From contig JANLVI010000007.1 of NCBI GenBank assembly GCA_031363915.1, positions 190,895-254,894 of the forward strand: DNA of 64,000 nt, given 5' to 3'. Below are positions 27,701 to 36,962 of this stretch, in pieces (the stretch's first letter is position 1; the number at the start of each line of letters is the position of its first letter). The notes below the pieces were generated by a model. That model ran no database searches, had not been told where the DNA came from, and was given only the letters and a program-made list of their open reading frames with translations. This DNA is from Vulcanimicrobiota bacterium (GTDB lineage: Bacteria; Vulcanimicrobiota; Vulcanimicrobiia; Vulcanimicrobiales; Vulcanimicrobiaceae). A program made the position numbers and the translations under genes.

Positions 27701-28297
27701 GAGCGCTTCCTTAAAGAACAGCTCGACGATCTGCATCGCGCGCGCGAGACGCTGCTCGCGACGATCAAAGAGATCGAAGACTCGTGCCAAGCCGTCTTCA
27801 ACGAAACCTTCGATGCGGTCGCCATGCGCTTTGCGGAAGTGTTCGCACGTCTCTTCCCGGGCGGCGAGGCAAAGATGTGGCAGACCAATCCCGAGCATCT
27901 GTCGGAGACCGGTATCGAAATCTCTGTTGCGCCGCCTGGCAAGAAGATGACGCCGCTGCCCTCGCTCTCGGGCGGCGAACGCGCGATGACTGCAGCCGCG
28001 TTGATCTTCGCGCTCATCAAAGTGAAACCGTCGCCTTTCTATCTGCTCGACGAAGTCGATGCGGCGCTCGACGATGCTAACGTCGACCGCCTCTCGGGGA
28101 TGGTGCGCGAAGTCGCAAGTGAAGCGCAAATGCTTATCGTCACGCACAATAAAAAAACGATGGAACTCGCCGCGCGCATGTATGGCGTGACGATGTCAGA
28201 ACCCGGCGTGAGCTCGATCATCTCGGCGACACTTGACGCGCGTGAAGAACACCCGAGCGATGCGATCCAAGAACGCGAGGCCGTTCTTGCCCCTTAG
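24707..28297 (+). CDS. smc: Chromosome partition protein SMC
   Basis: 1196 aa. Walker A GPNGSGKSN, long coiled coils, a hinge, and C-terminal LSGGE plus Walker B (LLDEVDAALD). Confidence 0.95.
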   Translation: MRLKSLRVFGFKTFAEQTTLDFNEGITAVVGPNGSGKSNLVDAIRWVLGEQSSRSLRSNKMEDVIFAGNTSRKPLGMAEVTLTFDNHDGALPIDFREVSITRRAYRAGDSEYFINRNHVRLRDVVELLMGTGLGPGSYAIVSQGQIDAILSSKPQERRSLFEETAGIAKFLARKNEAMRRLDGTEQNAIRANDLIAELERRGPELDTQVRRAKRYRKVTTRVRDLEILSYLRASESRRGERERVQSEVDVVDGRKVSAAARASTLGAELSASRNDLYAFEIDLEERRSQAQKLRAELARGEADHAAAIARRDALDSQSTSSLSDRERVESERASLTASIASLAERIAPLQTQLESMGERELAASAAVSDARSGLDRIFTELRAVEAAAAERAASEAERRAQAQSARSEIERLEREATALRERIGEHERSAAGARARFEAAAQNEAGLEAELSAQRASAEAAEAAGPAAAERMAALQNRYRHLASEQAGAESRLHTIEELEANLEGHVPGTRAVIEAADRSELRGLHGVVSNLISVDERYARALDIAFGAGLSNIVTATAEDAERAVSFLRDRELGRATFLPLDTLGSRRGHDIGNLRGRPGVIGYAHELVTADEQYRGIVAFLVGRMLIVDVLATGIALTRGEGFRDSIVTLDGEQILGGGAITGGRYRRERSILARRAQAQTLRERLPQLRAEIEEVEREGLLAKAEFDAASATRDRARAAANQAEMALRELHTQLETLTSEIERLDRETTQAKERQQTLVRALEEARAKFAVLEKVADDHLDMTDERARLEAELAAARARISDVESGQSAVVAQASAVRESLAALTAERDGSAARLGLLDADSERASGAREAMMRELEMLRGQIAASEASLGGLRRTVSDADTLVGESRAKRERMAGDAAQKEADERIAQSEDRDATAAGENNRRRLAEIDAELGMLQSTFAQNPASVEEIADVTTRYAEETDEIIEELPRLREELARLANVNLNAEVDRDELTERERFLKEQLDDLHRARETLLATIKEIEDSCQAVFNETFDAVAMRFAEVFARLFPGGEAKMWQTNPEHLSETGIEISVAPPGKKMTPLPSLSGGERAMTAAALIFALIKVKPSPFYLLDEVDAALDDANVDRLSGMVREVASEAQMLIVTHNKKTMELAARMYGVTMSEPGVSSIISATLDAREEHPSDAIQEREAVLAP

Positions 28298-28307
28298 CGG
28301 CGCGACA

Positions 28308-29876
28308 GTGCCCGGGGCGCTCGGCGCCGCGCTTTTTTCCGTTCACGATCGCACGGGGGCCGCGGAACTTGCTGCGGCCCTCGCCGCGCAAGGCGTTACG
28401 ATTTACGCAACGGGCGGCACGCGCACGCATTTACGCGAGCACGGCATCGACGCGTTCGACGTGGGCGAACTCACGGGTTTTCCGTCGCTCTTCGACGGCC
28501 GCGTCAAAACGCTGCACCCGCGTGTGTTCGGCGGCATTCTTGCCGACCGCAGCAATCCCACGCACGTTGCAGAAGCGATCGAACATGCGGTCCCGGCGAT
28601 CTCTTTTGTCGTGGTGAATCTCTATCCGTTTGAGGCGACCGTGGCGTGCGAAGGCGCGACGGTCGAGGAGGCAATCGAGCAGATCGACATCGGCGGCGTC
28701 TCACTCATTCGGGCGGCGGCGAAGAACTTCGAACACGTCAGTATCCTGAGCGATCCGAGCCAGTACGCCTCGCTCGTGGAGGCGATGCCGCACGGCGGAA
28801 TCGATGCGGCCGCCCGTCGGCTACTCGCGACGCGGGCGTTCGAACGCACGGCAGAATACGATTCCGCCATCGCACGCTACCTGGAGTCCGGCATGCTCTC
28901 CAACGAACTGCCGGGATCGCTTGCGCTATCGATTCCCGTCGCGCAGCCGCTGCGTTACGGTGAGAATCCGCAAGACCGTGCAGCGTTCTACCTCGCGCGC
29001 AACGCCCATCTTCCCGATCAGCTGTGGGGCAAAGCGCTCTCATATAACAACTTGCTCGATCTCGATGCGACGCTGCGCCTCCTGGTGCGCGCAAAGAGCG
29101 GGCGGGATAGCGCTCGTACGTGCGATGCAGAGCGGCGACGGGCGGCGATCGTCAAACACACGGTTCCCTGCGGTGTCGCCGAACGAACGACGGTGGCGGA
29201 AGCCGTGCGCGAGGCGCTCGATGCCGATCCGGTCTCGGCGTTCGGCGGCATCATCGCGGTCGACGGCACGATCGATCTCGCAACGGCAAATGCACTCGGC
29301 GAATTCTTCCTCGAGATCGTCGCGGCGCCCGAATTCGAACCCGACGCACTCGAACGCTTGAAGAAAAAAAAGAATCTGCGCATCATGCGCTATGCCAAAG
29401 GCATGCCCGAACGCATCGCGCGCGGACTACGCGTGCGTAGCGCCCTCGGCGGTGTGCTCGCGGAAGACGACGATCCGCAAGCCGCGCCCGAAACGTGGCA
29501 CGTTGCATCTACCCGGCAGCCGACGGCCGATGAGTGGTTCGACCTTGCTTTTGCGTGGGACATCGTACGGCACGTGAAATCCAATGGCGTCACGGTCGTG
29601 CGCGACGGTATCTCGCGCGGGATCTGCGCGGGTCAAACCAATCGCGTGAGCGCGGTTCGCATCGCCGGCGAACGCGCCGGTGCGTTTGCGCGCGGCGCGG
29701 CCTGCGCGAGCGACGGTTTCTTTCCGTTCGCCGACGGCCTGGTCGCCGCGGCCGACGCCGGCTGCACGGCGGTCATCGCGCCGAGCGGCTCGATTCGCGA
29801 CGCCGAAGTGATCGCGGCGGCAAACGAACGCAACATCGCACTCGTCTTTTCAAACTACCGGTACTTCCTGCACTGA
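28308..29876 (+). CDS. purH: Bifunctional AICAR transformylase / IMP cyclohydrolase
   Basis: GTG at 28308 (in frame in track ORF 28233..29876). MGS-like N-terminal domain LFSVHDRTG...ATGGT, then the AICARFT domain. Confidence 0.9.
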   Translation: MPGALGAALFSVHDRTGAAELAAALAAQGVTIYATGGTRTHLREHGIDAFDVGELTGFPSLFDGRVKTLHPRVFGGILADRSNPTHVAEAIEHAVPAISFVVVNLYPFEATVACEGATVEEAIEQIDIGGVSLIRAAAKNFEHVSILSDPSQYASLVEAMPHGGIDAAARRLLATRAFERTAEYDSAIARYLESGMLSNELPGSLALSIPVAQPLRYGENPQDRAAFYLARNAHLPDQLWGKALSYNNLLDLDATLRLLVRAKSGRDSARTCDAERRRAAIVKHTVPCGVAERTTVAEAVREALDADPVSAFGGIIAVDGTIDLATANALGEFFLEIVAAPEFEPDALERLKKKKNLRIMRYAKGMPERIARGLRVRSALGGVLAEDDDPQAAPETWHVASTRQPTADEWFDLAFAWDIVRHVKSNGVTVVRDGISRGICAGQTNRVSAVRIAGERAGAFARGAACASDGFFPFADGLVAAADAGCTAVIAPSGSIRDAEVIAAANERNIALVFSNYRYFLH

Positions 29877-29893
29877 AAATCACGCCCAGCGGG

Positions 29894-30814
29894 GTGTTTT
29901 ACATCCTCATTACCGCGTGCGGTTGGGGGCTGCTGGCACCGTTCTTCAAAATAATCTTCGCAAGCGACCCCGGCACGTTCGACGGCGTGTCGCTTGCGGT
30001 CGCGCGCGCGATGTGGACGTTACCGTTCATGGCGTTTTTGCTCGCGACGGCCTGGATGCTCGAGCGCCCGACGTTCGACCGCCGCTCGATCCTCGCTTTC
30101 GCCGTGCTGGGGGTGATCTTCGGCCCGGCGTTTATGGGCATCTATTCCGTCGCAACGCAGCACACGAGCGTCTCGCACGTCGCCTTTCTGGTGGGCCTGG
30201 CGCCCGCGAGTAGCTCCGCCCTCGCCTCGATCGTTTTTCGTAAACCGCTCGACCGCGTGCGCAAAGTCGCGCTCGCGCTGGGCGTCTGTGGGGTGGCATT
30301 GCTCGCGTTTACGAAATCCGGCAACGGTTCGTCGCTCTATGGCGACGGGTTGCTCATCGTTTGGCTCGGGATGTTCGCGATCTATAGCACGGTGCTGCAC
30401 GCCGTGCTTACGCGGTATCGCTTGCTCTTCACGATGTCGCTCTCGGGCGTCATCGGCACACTGCTCGTCGCGATCATCGGCCTTGCGATCGGCAAAGGCG
30501 GCGCGATCGCGCACGTCACGCAGACGACCCAAGTTTCGTGGCTGTTCGTCCCGGGCGTCGTCGTGCTCTCGACGCTCATCGCGCCGATTACATTCGCGCA
30601 AGCCGTCCGCACCGCGGGCGTTGCCGTCGCAACGAGTGGGGCGGAATACATCGCAATCGGCATCGGTCTTGGTTTCTCGATCGCCGTGCTTCACGAAACT
30701 TGGCAGCCGCTCCTCACGGTCGCCGGACTCACCATGCTCGCGAGCCTCGCGCTGACGTTCGCGCCCGCACGTCTCTTTGGCGACGTCGAGGGAGAGCGGC
30801 GACCGATCGCGTAG
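29894..30814 (+). CDS. EamA/DMT-family transporter
   Basis: Ten predicted TM helices in two EamA repeats. The start is uncertain (GTG near 29894, just after the purH stop). The first 120 aa of track ORF 29534..30814 is an Arg-rich out-of-frame reading of the purH 3' end. Confidence 0.75.
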   Translation: MFYILITACGWGLLAPFFKIIFASDPGTFDGVSLAVARAMWTLPFMAFLLATAWMLERPTFDRRSILAFAVLGVIFGPAFMGIYSVATQHTSVSHVAFLVGLAPASSSALASIVFRKPLDRVRKVALALGVCGVALLAFTKSGNGSSLYGDGLLIVWLGMFAIYSTVLHAVLTRYRLLFTMSLSGVIGTLLVAIIGLAIGKGGAIAHVTQTTQVSWLFVPGVVVLSTLIAPITFAQAVRTAGVAVATSGAEYIAIGIGLGFSIAVLHETWQPLLTVAGLTMLASLALTFAPARLFGDVEGERRPIA

Positions 30815-30822
30815 CGCACGGT

Positions 30823-31212
30823 ATGCCACGTTATTTACATACCTCGATCTTCGTCAACAACATGGACGAATCGATCAAATTCTATACCGAGCACCTGGGC
30901 CTGAAATTGCTCGGTGGACCCAATCACTATCCGGGCAATGCCGATATGGCGTTCGTCGGTGCGGATTGGAATTCGTACATCGAACTCGTCTACGATTTGG
31001 AAGCGCACGATCCGTACGCGATCGGAAATCGCTACGAGCATCTCGCAATCGAAGTCGAGAGCGACCTGCGCGGCTTCATGGAGAAGCTCCGTGCCGCGGG
31101 CGTGAAGATCGTCAAGGAAGTGAAGAGCGCCCCGGGTGGCGGTCGCGCAATCGCATTCGTCGAGGATCCCAACGGGATCCCCGTCGAGCTGTTGGAGCCG
31201 CGCTCGGCCTAA
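30823..31212 (+). CDS. VOC/glyoxalase-family protein
   Basis: ATG at 30823 (Met-96 of track ORF 30538..31212). 129 aa: HTSIFVNNMDESIKFYTEHLGLKL...HLAIEV...VEDPNGIPVELL. Confidence 0.8.
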   Translation: MPRYLHTSIFVNNMDESIKFYTEHLGLKLLGGPNHYPGNADMAFVGADWNSYIELVYDLEAHDPYAIGNRYEHLAIEVESDLRGFMEKLRAAGVKIVKEVKSAPGGGRAIAFVEDPNGIPVELLEPRSA

Positions 31213-31246
31213 GACTGATCGATGAGACGCGGCGCGATGGTCGGGG

Positions 31247-31441
31247 TTAGATTTTCTCGATTTTGCCGACCGGCCGAATGGAGTCGGTTGCGGAATCAGA
31301 TCCCGCGCCACGCAGACGCGTCGCCTCGACGTATCGGTACAACGCCTGCGCCATGCCAAGCTTGCGCTTCTCATCGGGCTGGTTTGCGGCGTACGCGGCC
31401 CAAAGAAGCCGCAGGCGCTGGAGGTCTTGCATTCGGTTCAT
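31247..31441 (-). CDS. Possible small protein (64 aa) of unknown function
   Basis: The C-terminal 64 codons of the otherwise spurious track ORF 31247..32197 lie in an otherwise empty 320-nt gap. High GC3. MNRMQDLQRLRLLWAAYAANQPDEKRKLGMAQALYRYVEATRLRGAGSDSATDSIRPVGKIEKI. No family recognised. Confidence 0.3.
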   Translation of the reverse strand: MNRMQDLQRLRLLWAAYAANQPDEKRKLGMAQALYRYVEATRLRGAGSDSATDSIRPVGKIEKI

Positions 31442-31531
31442 ACGCTTTGTCTGTACCCATCCATGCGCCGAAGGTTCCGCGCGAAGGGGCGCGGCACCAC
31501 ACGTAACACCGGGCCCTCGCTCCGGTAGAGG

Positions 31532-32464
31532 GTGCACATGTCCGCAAAACTGCTCACGATCGCAATCTTCGCGCTTTTCGCCCTGGGTGCGTACTACGCG
31601 CTCGGGAGACGAAACGCGGGTACGAATAAACGCGAGCCAACCGTTAACGGTCTGGTCGCCGCGATCGCGATCGCCGTCGCCGGGGTGCTGTTCGTCGAAA
31701 CGGTCGTTGAAGTCCCGGGCGGCCGCGTCGACGTCGTCACGTTTGGCGGGGCGTATACTGACGCGTTGCTGATGCCCGGTTTCAATTTCAAGGCGCCCTG
31801 GTACGGCGTTTATGCTGTCGATATCTCCACCCGCGCGTTGCACGTCGAGAACAGCGATGCGCGTTCGAGCGACCAGCAGCAAGTGCTGACGAATTATACG
31901 CTCAACTTTGCGCTGCAGCCGAAACGACTCAAGGAATTGTTGACCACATACGCTGGCGACAATCTCACCGATCGCATCGTCCAGCCGCGCGCGGAGGCGC
32001 TGCTCAAACAGATCGAACCGAGCTACTCTGCAGCGCAGCTCCTGCAAAAGCGCGGTGAGGTCGCGGACCGCGTTTACCGGCAGCTCAAGACGGAACTCGA
32101 ACCCTTCGGTGTGAGCGTCGTTGGGTTCCTGATTACGAATATCAACTTCGGTGCTCAGTATCAGAAAGCGTCGGAGGCGCGTGCGACTGCCGAACAAGAA
32201 TTACAGCGCGCCCAGGTCGTCTTGAAAACAAAACAAGTCGAAGCGCAACAGACGGTCGCGACGGCCGAAGGCGCGGCGAAGGCAAACGAACTGATCCGCC
32301 GATCGCTTGGCGGCGACCCGAACATCGCCGAGGCAATCGTGCGTATGAAAACGATCGAACTGCTCACCGAGAAATGGGACGGGACGATGCCAAATGCCTT
32401 AGGCGGGAATTCGATTCTCTCGATCGCGGGCAGCGAGCCGAAGCCCGCAACCGAGAAGAAATAA
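31532..32464 (+). CDS. SPFH/band-7 (prohibitin/HflC-like) membrane protein
   Basis: N-terminal TM LLTIAIFALFALGAYYAL, an SPFH core, and a C-terminal coiled coil with EAQQTVATAEGAAKANEL. Confidence 0.85.
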   Translation: MHMSAKLLTIAIFALFALGAYYALGRRNAGTNKREPTVNGLVAAIAIAVAGVLFVETVVEVPGGRVDVVTFGGAYTDALLMPGFNFKAPWYGVYAVDISTRALHVENSDARSSDQQQVLTNYTLNFALQPKRLKELLTTYAGDNLTDRIVQPRAEALLKQIEPSYSAAQLLQKRGEVADRVYRQLKTELEPFGVSVVGFLITNINFGAQYQKASEARATAEQELQRAQVVLKTKQVEAQQTVATAEGAAKANELIRRSLGGDPNIAEAIVRMKTIELLTEKWDGTMPNALGGNSILSIAGSEPKPATEKK

Positions 32465-32471
32465 CGCGGCG

Positions 32472-33081
32472 TTACCCAGCCGACCGCGCGCGCATTGCGT
32501 TCAACTCACGCATGACGCGCGCCGTCTCACGGTCGGTTGGGTCGCCCGAGGCATCGAGCCCCGCTGTGACGCTTTCCATGTCGTTTTCGGACGCGTTCTG
32601 GCCCATCTTCCATTTGCCGTCGATGCGCGTAATGCGAATCTCGATCCCGACGATCCCGCAAAATTGCTTTGCGAGGTAGTCATCCGGCGCATCGGCGACC
32701 GCCCACGGCTGCGGACGTGGTTCCTCATGGCGGGTCGTCAGCCGTTCGAGGAGCGCGCGCAGTTCGTGCGGCTCCTGGAACACGCGCATCGGACCGTAGC
32801 GTGTACCGCGATGTAATTCCACGTCGGAACGACCTCGCCGGTGAGCGTTTTGTTGCTATACCACCTCGGCGTCACGTACGCGTCGGCGCCGAGGAAGATG
32901 ACGAGTGCGTTACCGGCGGGGGTGCGCCACTGTGCGTTGCCCCGCGAGAGATGGCAAAGTAACGTTCCCCCCGGCGCGGCATCACGGTCGAGCATCACCG
33001 GCAAGTGACTCACCAGTGGACCATCGGGCCATCACGAATCATCTTGGCGGAAGTGCGGCGGCAGATACACCGCCATCAGCA
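32472..33081 (-). pseudogene. PaiB-family (FMN-binding, PNPOx-like) regulator gene carrying a frameshift, an in-frame stop and an internal deletion
   Basis: Three fragments lie in different frames: MAVYLPPHFRQDDS*, then WPDGPLVSHLPVMLD...LVIFLGADAYVTPRWY...VVPTWNYIAVHA, then (after a 1-nt frame change near 32805) YGPMRVFQEPHELRALLERLTTRHEEP.... About 25 residues expected between HF and DG..SHLP are missing. Confidence 0.6.
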
Positions 33082-33319
33082 TTCCGCTCGTCGCGCCTGC
33101 GTTACTTTCCCGTCTTCATGTCCGAGCGCACGATCGTCCGGCGTTCGAGTATGGTGAAGGGTGCCTCGACTGCGATTCCCAAAAGTAAGACTACGATCGG
33201 GCCCCCAAAAAATGGTGGGCGTGCGCGAGAAGTCGCGCGCATCGTTGATGTACCAGCCAAGGCCTCCGGACGATCGCACCAAACTTCGGAAGCTGCACGT
33301 TCGCTCCATCCGCGTCCGG

Positions 33320-35251
33320 TTAAAACGTTACCCGCTGTTCGATCACAAGCGACGTCCCCGCAAAGGCTGGAACGAGCGGTGATTGCGGATACGTCGTTCG
33401 TCCCTCGAAGGTCGTATGCCGGAAGCTGACGAGCATCGCGGCGTTTGCGGACTGGCGGACCTGGATTCCCGCGAACGTCAAGCGTTCGGCAAGATCCAGG
33501 GGTTCGGCAAACGCACCTTTGATCGCGTAGCGGCCGACGCCTACGGCGATCGTGAGGGCTGGCGTCACGCGTTTCGCATACGTCAGGACGCCTTGCGGCA
33601 CGTCGTAGGAGACGACGTCTTCGGGATGCGTCGCGACAAACGGACGATAGAGCGTGTCGTCGACGAGATCGAGTGTGAGATCGCCGATGCGTGGATGCCA
33701 GGCAATCCAAAGTGCGGTGCGTTTTTGGTGTCCGAATGTCGCGGTGTCGACCGCTTGCGGTAAATAAAAACCGTCGATAAAGCCGTTCTGCGTCGACGAT
33801 GCGACGGTCTCGGCGTCGATCTGATGGAGATCCGTATACTCGGTGTGGATCTCGAGAGGACCGCGATCGACGTTGTAGCGCAGACGGAAGCCTTGGCGAT
33901 TGACTCCCAGCACGGAATTGTCGATGAGCTGGTAGTTCGATTTGAGCCACTGACCGGGCCATGCAAACGCGACGCTCCACTGATTTTCCGGCACGCCGTA
34001 TGGCAGAATCATCGTGGCGTAGCGCGGTTCCATGCGATAAAAATCGAGCGAGGTCGTGGTGCGGCCGTTCGTGCGGATCAGGCCCGCATGATAAAAGCCG
34101 CCGGGCCGCTCCGTGCCGGGACGCACGGCGGGCGATGCGTCGTACCACGCGCGTCCAAGTTCGATCGTGCCGTCGAGGCCGATTGCGGGCGCGATGTGAA
34201 ACGCAGCGCGCACGCCGGCGATCGTCTGCCGCTGACCGCTGATCATGCTCGTGGGCAGCACGCCTTGCGGATAGGGCACGAACGTGGGATCGGTGCCGAA
34301 CGGAACCGTGGTGATGAACGGTGTCCCGGAGGTTTGAACGTGAAGCACTTGCGCGGAGAGGCGCGTTCCCTCGCCGTGATCGACGACGAGCGACGCCTGC
34401 GTCATGCGTGCATCGTCACCCGGCAGCGACGGCAGCGCGGCGTTCGTGAGTTCGAACGTGTCGAGTCCGCGCTTGACCGTAATATCGAGGCCGTGCAGCG
34501 GAAGCGCGGTCGCGGCGGGCTGCCACGTAGCGGATCCGGCCAGTCCGCCGGTGAGCGACTCTGCCGGAGCGTATGCGAGTGCGGGATTGAGATTGGTAAG
34601 TGCCGCCGGTGCGAACACGAAGCGATCGGTTTGCCCGAGATCAAACCAACCCGCGCGCAGACGAATCGTGCCGTCAGCCGTTGCGATGCTGCCCGCAAGA
34701 ACCGACGTGCGCGTTGCGGTCGCAGCGTCCTCTCCGGCACGCGTCGGAAACGTCACGCTGTACGGCTGCGCTTGCGAGCCGAGGTGCGGGTTGAGCGTCG
34801 GCACCAGATTCTCACCCCAATACGCGACGTTCGTGCGGCTGCCGTGCGTGGTTGCCGCGGACACCGTCAGCGAAAGATCGAGCGACCGCAAGCCCAGATC
34901 GATCGTCGGCGCGATGATGCCGATGCCCGCCACGCCCGGCACTTGCGGGGCACTTGAAAACAAATCGTACGGCGTGTTCGGCGCTAGCGGTAGACCGGCG
35001 ATGAATCCCGGCGCTTCGGGTGCGATCTGCCCGCGGCCGTTCGTCGACTGATCGATGAATGTGACCGACGATATCCCGCTCACGCGTAAACCCAGACGCC
35101 GCGGCGTTGCGGTAGCAGCGGGCACCGCCGTCGGGCTCGCGCTCGGCGCCGGTGTCGGATCGGCGGCGCGGGCGGGGAGTGCGCAGGCAGCCGCGAGCGC
35201 GAGGAACCAGGCCGCGTGCAGCGCGCTCACGGCCGTGTGGTGATTCGACAT
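33320..35251 (-). CDS. Outer-membrane beta-barrel protein of unknown family (643 aa)
   Basis: ATG at 35251 (Met-127 of the track ORF). Signal peptide MSNHHTAVSALHAAWFLALAAACALPARA. Ala/Thr/Gly-rich with alternating hydrophobic beta-strand patterns and a C-terminal Phe (..EQRVTF). No TonB box or plug domain recognised. Confidence 0.65.
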   Translation of the reverse strand: MSNHHTAVSALHAAWFLALAAACALPARAADPTPAPSASPTAVPAATATPRRLGLRVSGISSVTFIDQSTNGRGQIAPEAPGFIAGLPLAPNTPYDLFSSAPQVPGVAGIGIIAPTIDLGLRSLDLSLTVSAATTHGSRTNVAYWGENLVPTLNPHLGSQAQPYSVTFPTRAGEDAATATRTSVLAGSIATADGTIRLRAGWFDLGQTDRFVFAPAALTNLNPALAYAPAESLTGGLAGSATWQPAATALPLHGLDITVKRGLDTFELTNAALPSLPGDDARMTQASLVVDHGEGTRLSAQVLHVQTSGTPFITTVPFGTDPTFVPYPQGVLPTSMISGQRQTIAGVRAAFHIAPAIGLDGTIELGRAWYDASPAVRPGTERPGGFYHAGLIRTNGRTTTSLDFYRMEPRYATMILPYGVPENQWSVAFAWPGQWLKSNYQLIDNSVLGVNRQGFRLRYNVDRGPLEIHTEYTDLHQIDAETVASSTQNGFIDGFYLPQAVDTATFGHQKRTALWIAWHPRIGDLTLDLVDDTLYRPFVATHPEDVVSYDVPQGVLTYAKRVTPALTIAVGVGRYAIKGAFAEPLDLAERLTFAGIQVRQSANAAMLVSFRHTTFEGRTTYPQSPLVPAFAGTSLVIEQRVTF

Positions 35252-35256
35252 GTCGG

Positions 35257-36876
35257 CTATCCTCCGTGCACGGCGAGTTGGGCGACGCGCGCGATCACGA
35301 GACCCACCGCAAGGATGAGATACGAGCGCAGGGCGAGCAGCCAAAAACGATTGAGGGCGGTGAGCTTCGCCGGCACGAGCCGGTCGAGCGGCGGCATTCG
35401 CCAAGTCGCGCGATCGCCGAGCGCGCGCACGGCGTGCCCGGCAACGCTCGAACGCGCAAGCCAGATGCCGACGCCGACGGCGAGAACCGCGCCCGCGATG
35501 AGGATGCCGAGAATCTGCGCGAACGTGATCGTCGGGAAGAGCACCGCGGCGGTTAAGATCACCGAGAGACTCACGAGCATCGCAATCACGATGCCGGTGA
35601 AGACGTTGGTGCGCGTGGTATTCGCCCACGGCCCGAGGACGGCAGCGTCGTTGGCGAGCAGCAGCAAGAACACCGTTGCGCTCGGCAAGAGGACGCCCGC
35701 GAGGGTTTGCACGGCGTTCGTGAGGAGTCCGAGCGGAACGCCCGGCAGCAGCACGAGTGCGGCTGCGACCGTGATGAGGGCGACGTAGATGAGATAGAAT
35801 CCCGGCGCATCGGTCGGTTTGCGATGTAGCGAGTGCTTCATCGCGAGCAGATCGCCCAGCGCATACGCGCTCGAAAGCGAAACTGCGGCCGCACCGATGA
35901 TACTCGCATCGAGCAGTGCGAGGGCAAAGAGCACGGCCGGAATCTCACCGACGTGGTGAGCGATGCCAGTGGCAACGGCACCCGCATCTTGGAAATTCCC
36001 GAATTCCGGACGTCCCGCAAACGTCGCGGCGGTAAACGACATGATCGCGATGGCGCCGACGATGACGAAGACGATCCCGACGATGAGATCCCAGCGTTCG
36101 TAGTTGAGAAAGCGCGGCGTTATGCGTTTGTCGATCACATAGCTTTGCTGGAAGAAGAGCTGCCACGGCGCAATCGTCGTGCCGACGATTGCGATGATGA
36201 GCAGGAGCACCGCGCTCAGATCGCTGTGTGCGGGCAAACCCGGGACGACGAGATCGTGCATCGTCTGGCCGAGCGGTGCATGCACGGCGACGAGCACCGG
36301 TATGAGCAGCAGACTGCCAAAACAGAGCGCCATCGCGAAGCGTTCGAAGCGGCGAAGGCTACCGGTTGTTGCGGCTGCCATCACGAGCACCGCCGCGACA
36401 CAAACGCCGGCAATCTTCGGGAGGCCGAGAAAACCGAGTGCAAGACTGATGCCGATGAACTCGGTCACGATCGTGAGGGCGTTGAGAATGAAGAGGTCGA
36501 TGACCGAAAATGCGCCCCAAAATTTGCCGAAACGCGCGAGGATGAGCCGCGCGTGGCCGACGCCCGAAACGACACCCAGGCGTAAGACCATCTCTTGAGT
36601 GACGTAGAGCACGGGGATGAGCAGCAAGAGCGTCCACATCAGCACCGTGCCGTAGTTTTGGCCGGCTTGCGCGTACGTGCCGAACGCGCCCGCGTCGTTG
36701 TCTGCCACCATCACGATGAGCCCGGGCCCAAGGATCGTTAGGAACGTGCGCAGTTTTGCCCACCAGCCGCGGCGCGGTGCGACATCGCCGCGCGCGATCG
36801 TGCCGAATGCACCTTGAATATCGCCGACGTGCATCGTGTCGAGCACAGCGTCATCGGTCTGGTTCGTAAGCGTCAT
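35257..36876 (-). CDS. mntH: NRAMP-family divalent metal (Mn2+/Fe2+) transporter
   Basis: 539 aa with 11-12 TM segments and the NRAMP signature GPGLIVMVADNDAGAFGTYAQAGQNYG. Confidence 0.9.
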   Translation of the reverse strand: MTLTNQTDDAVLDTMHVGDIQGAFGTIARGDVAPRRGWWAKLRTFLTILGPGLIVMVADNDAGAFGTYAQAGQNYGTVLMWTLLLLIPVLYVTQEMVLRLGVVSGVGHARLILARFGKFWGAFSVIDLFILNALTIVTEFIGISLALGFLGLPKIAGVCVAAVLVMAAATTGSLRRFERFAMALCFGSLLLIPVLVAVHAPLGQTMHDLVVPGLPAHSDLSAVLLLIIAIVGTTIAPWQLFFQQSYVIDKRITPRFLNYERWDLIVGIVFVIVGAIAIMSFTAATFAGRPEFGNFQDAGAVATGIAHHVGEIPAVLFALALLDASIIGAAAVSLSSAYALGDLLAMKHSLHRKPTDAPGFYLIYVALITVAAALVLLPGVPLGLLTNAVQTLAGVLLPSATVFLLLLANDAAVLGPWANTTRTNVFTGIVIAMLVSLSVILTAAVLFPTITFAQILGILIAGAVLAVGVGIWLARSSVAGHAVRALGDRATWRMPPLDRLVPAKLTALNRFWLLALRSYLILAVGLVIARVAQLAVHGG

Positions 36877-36962
36877 TGCGACACGGGGAGGCGGCGCATG
36901 CGCAAGGAGATGCGACCCGCGAGCGGTGCGGATGCAACAAGAAGTTTCATAGCGAGGGATCC

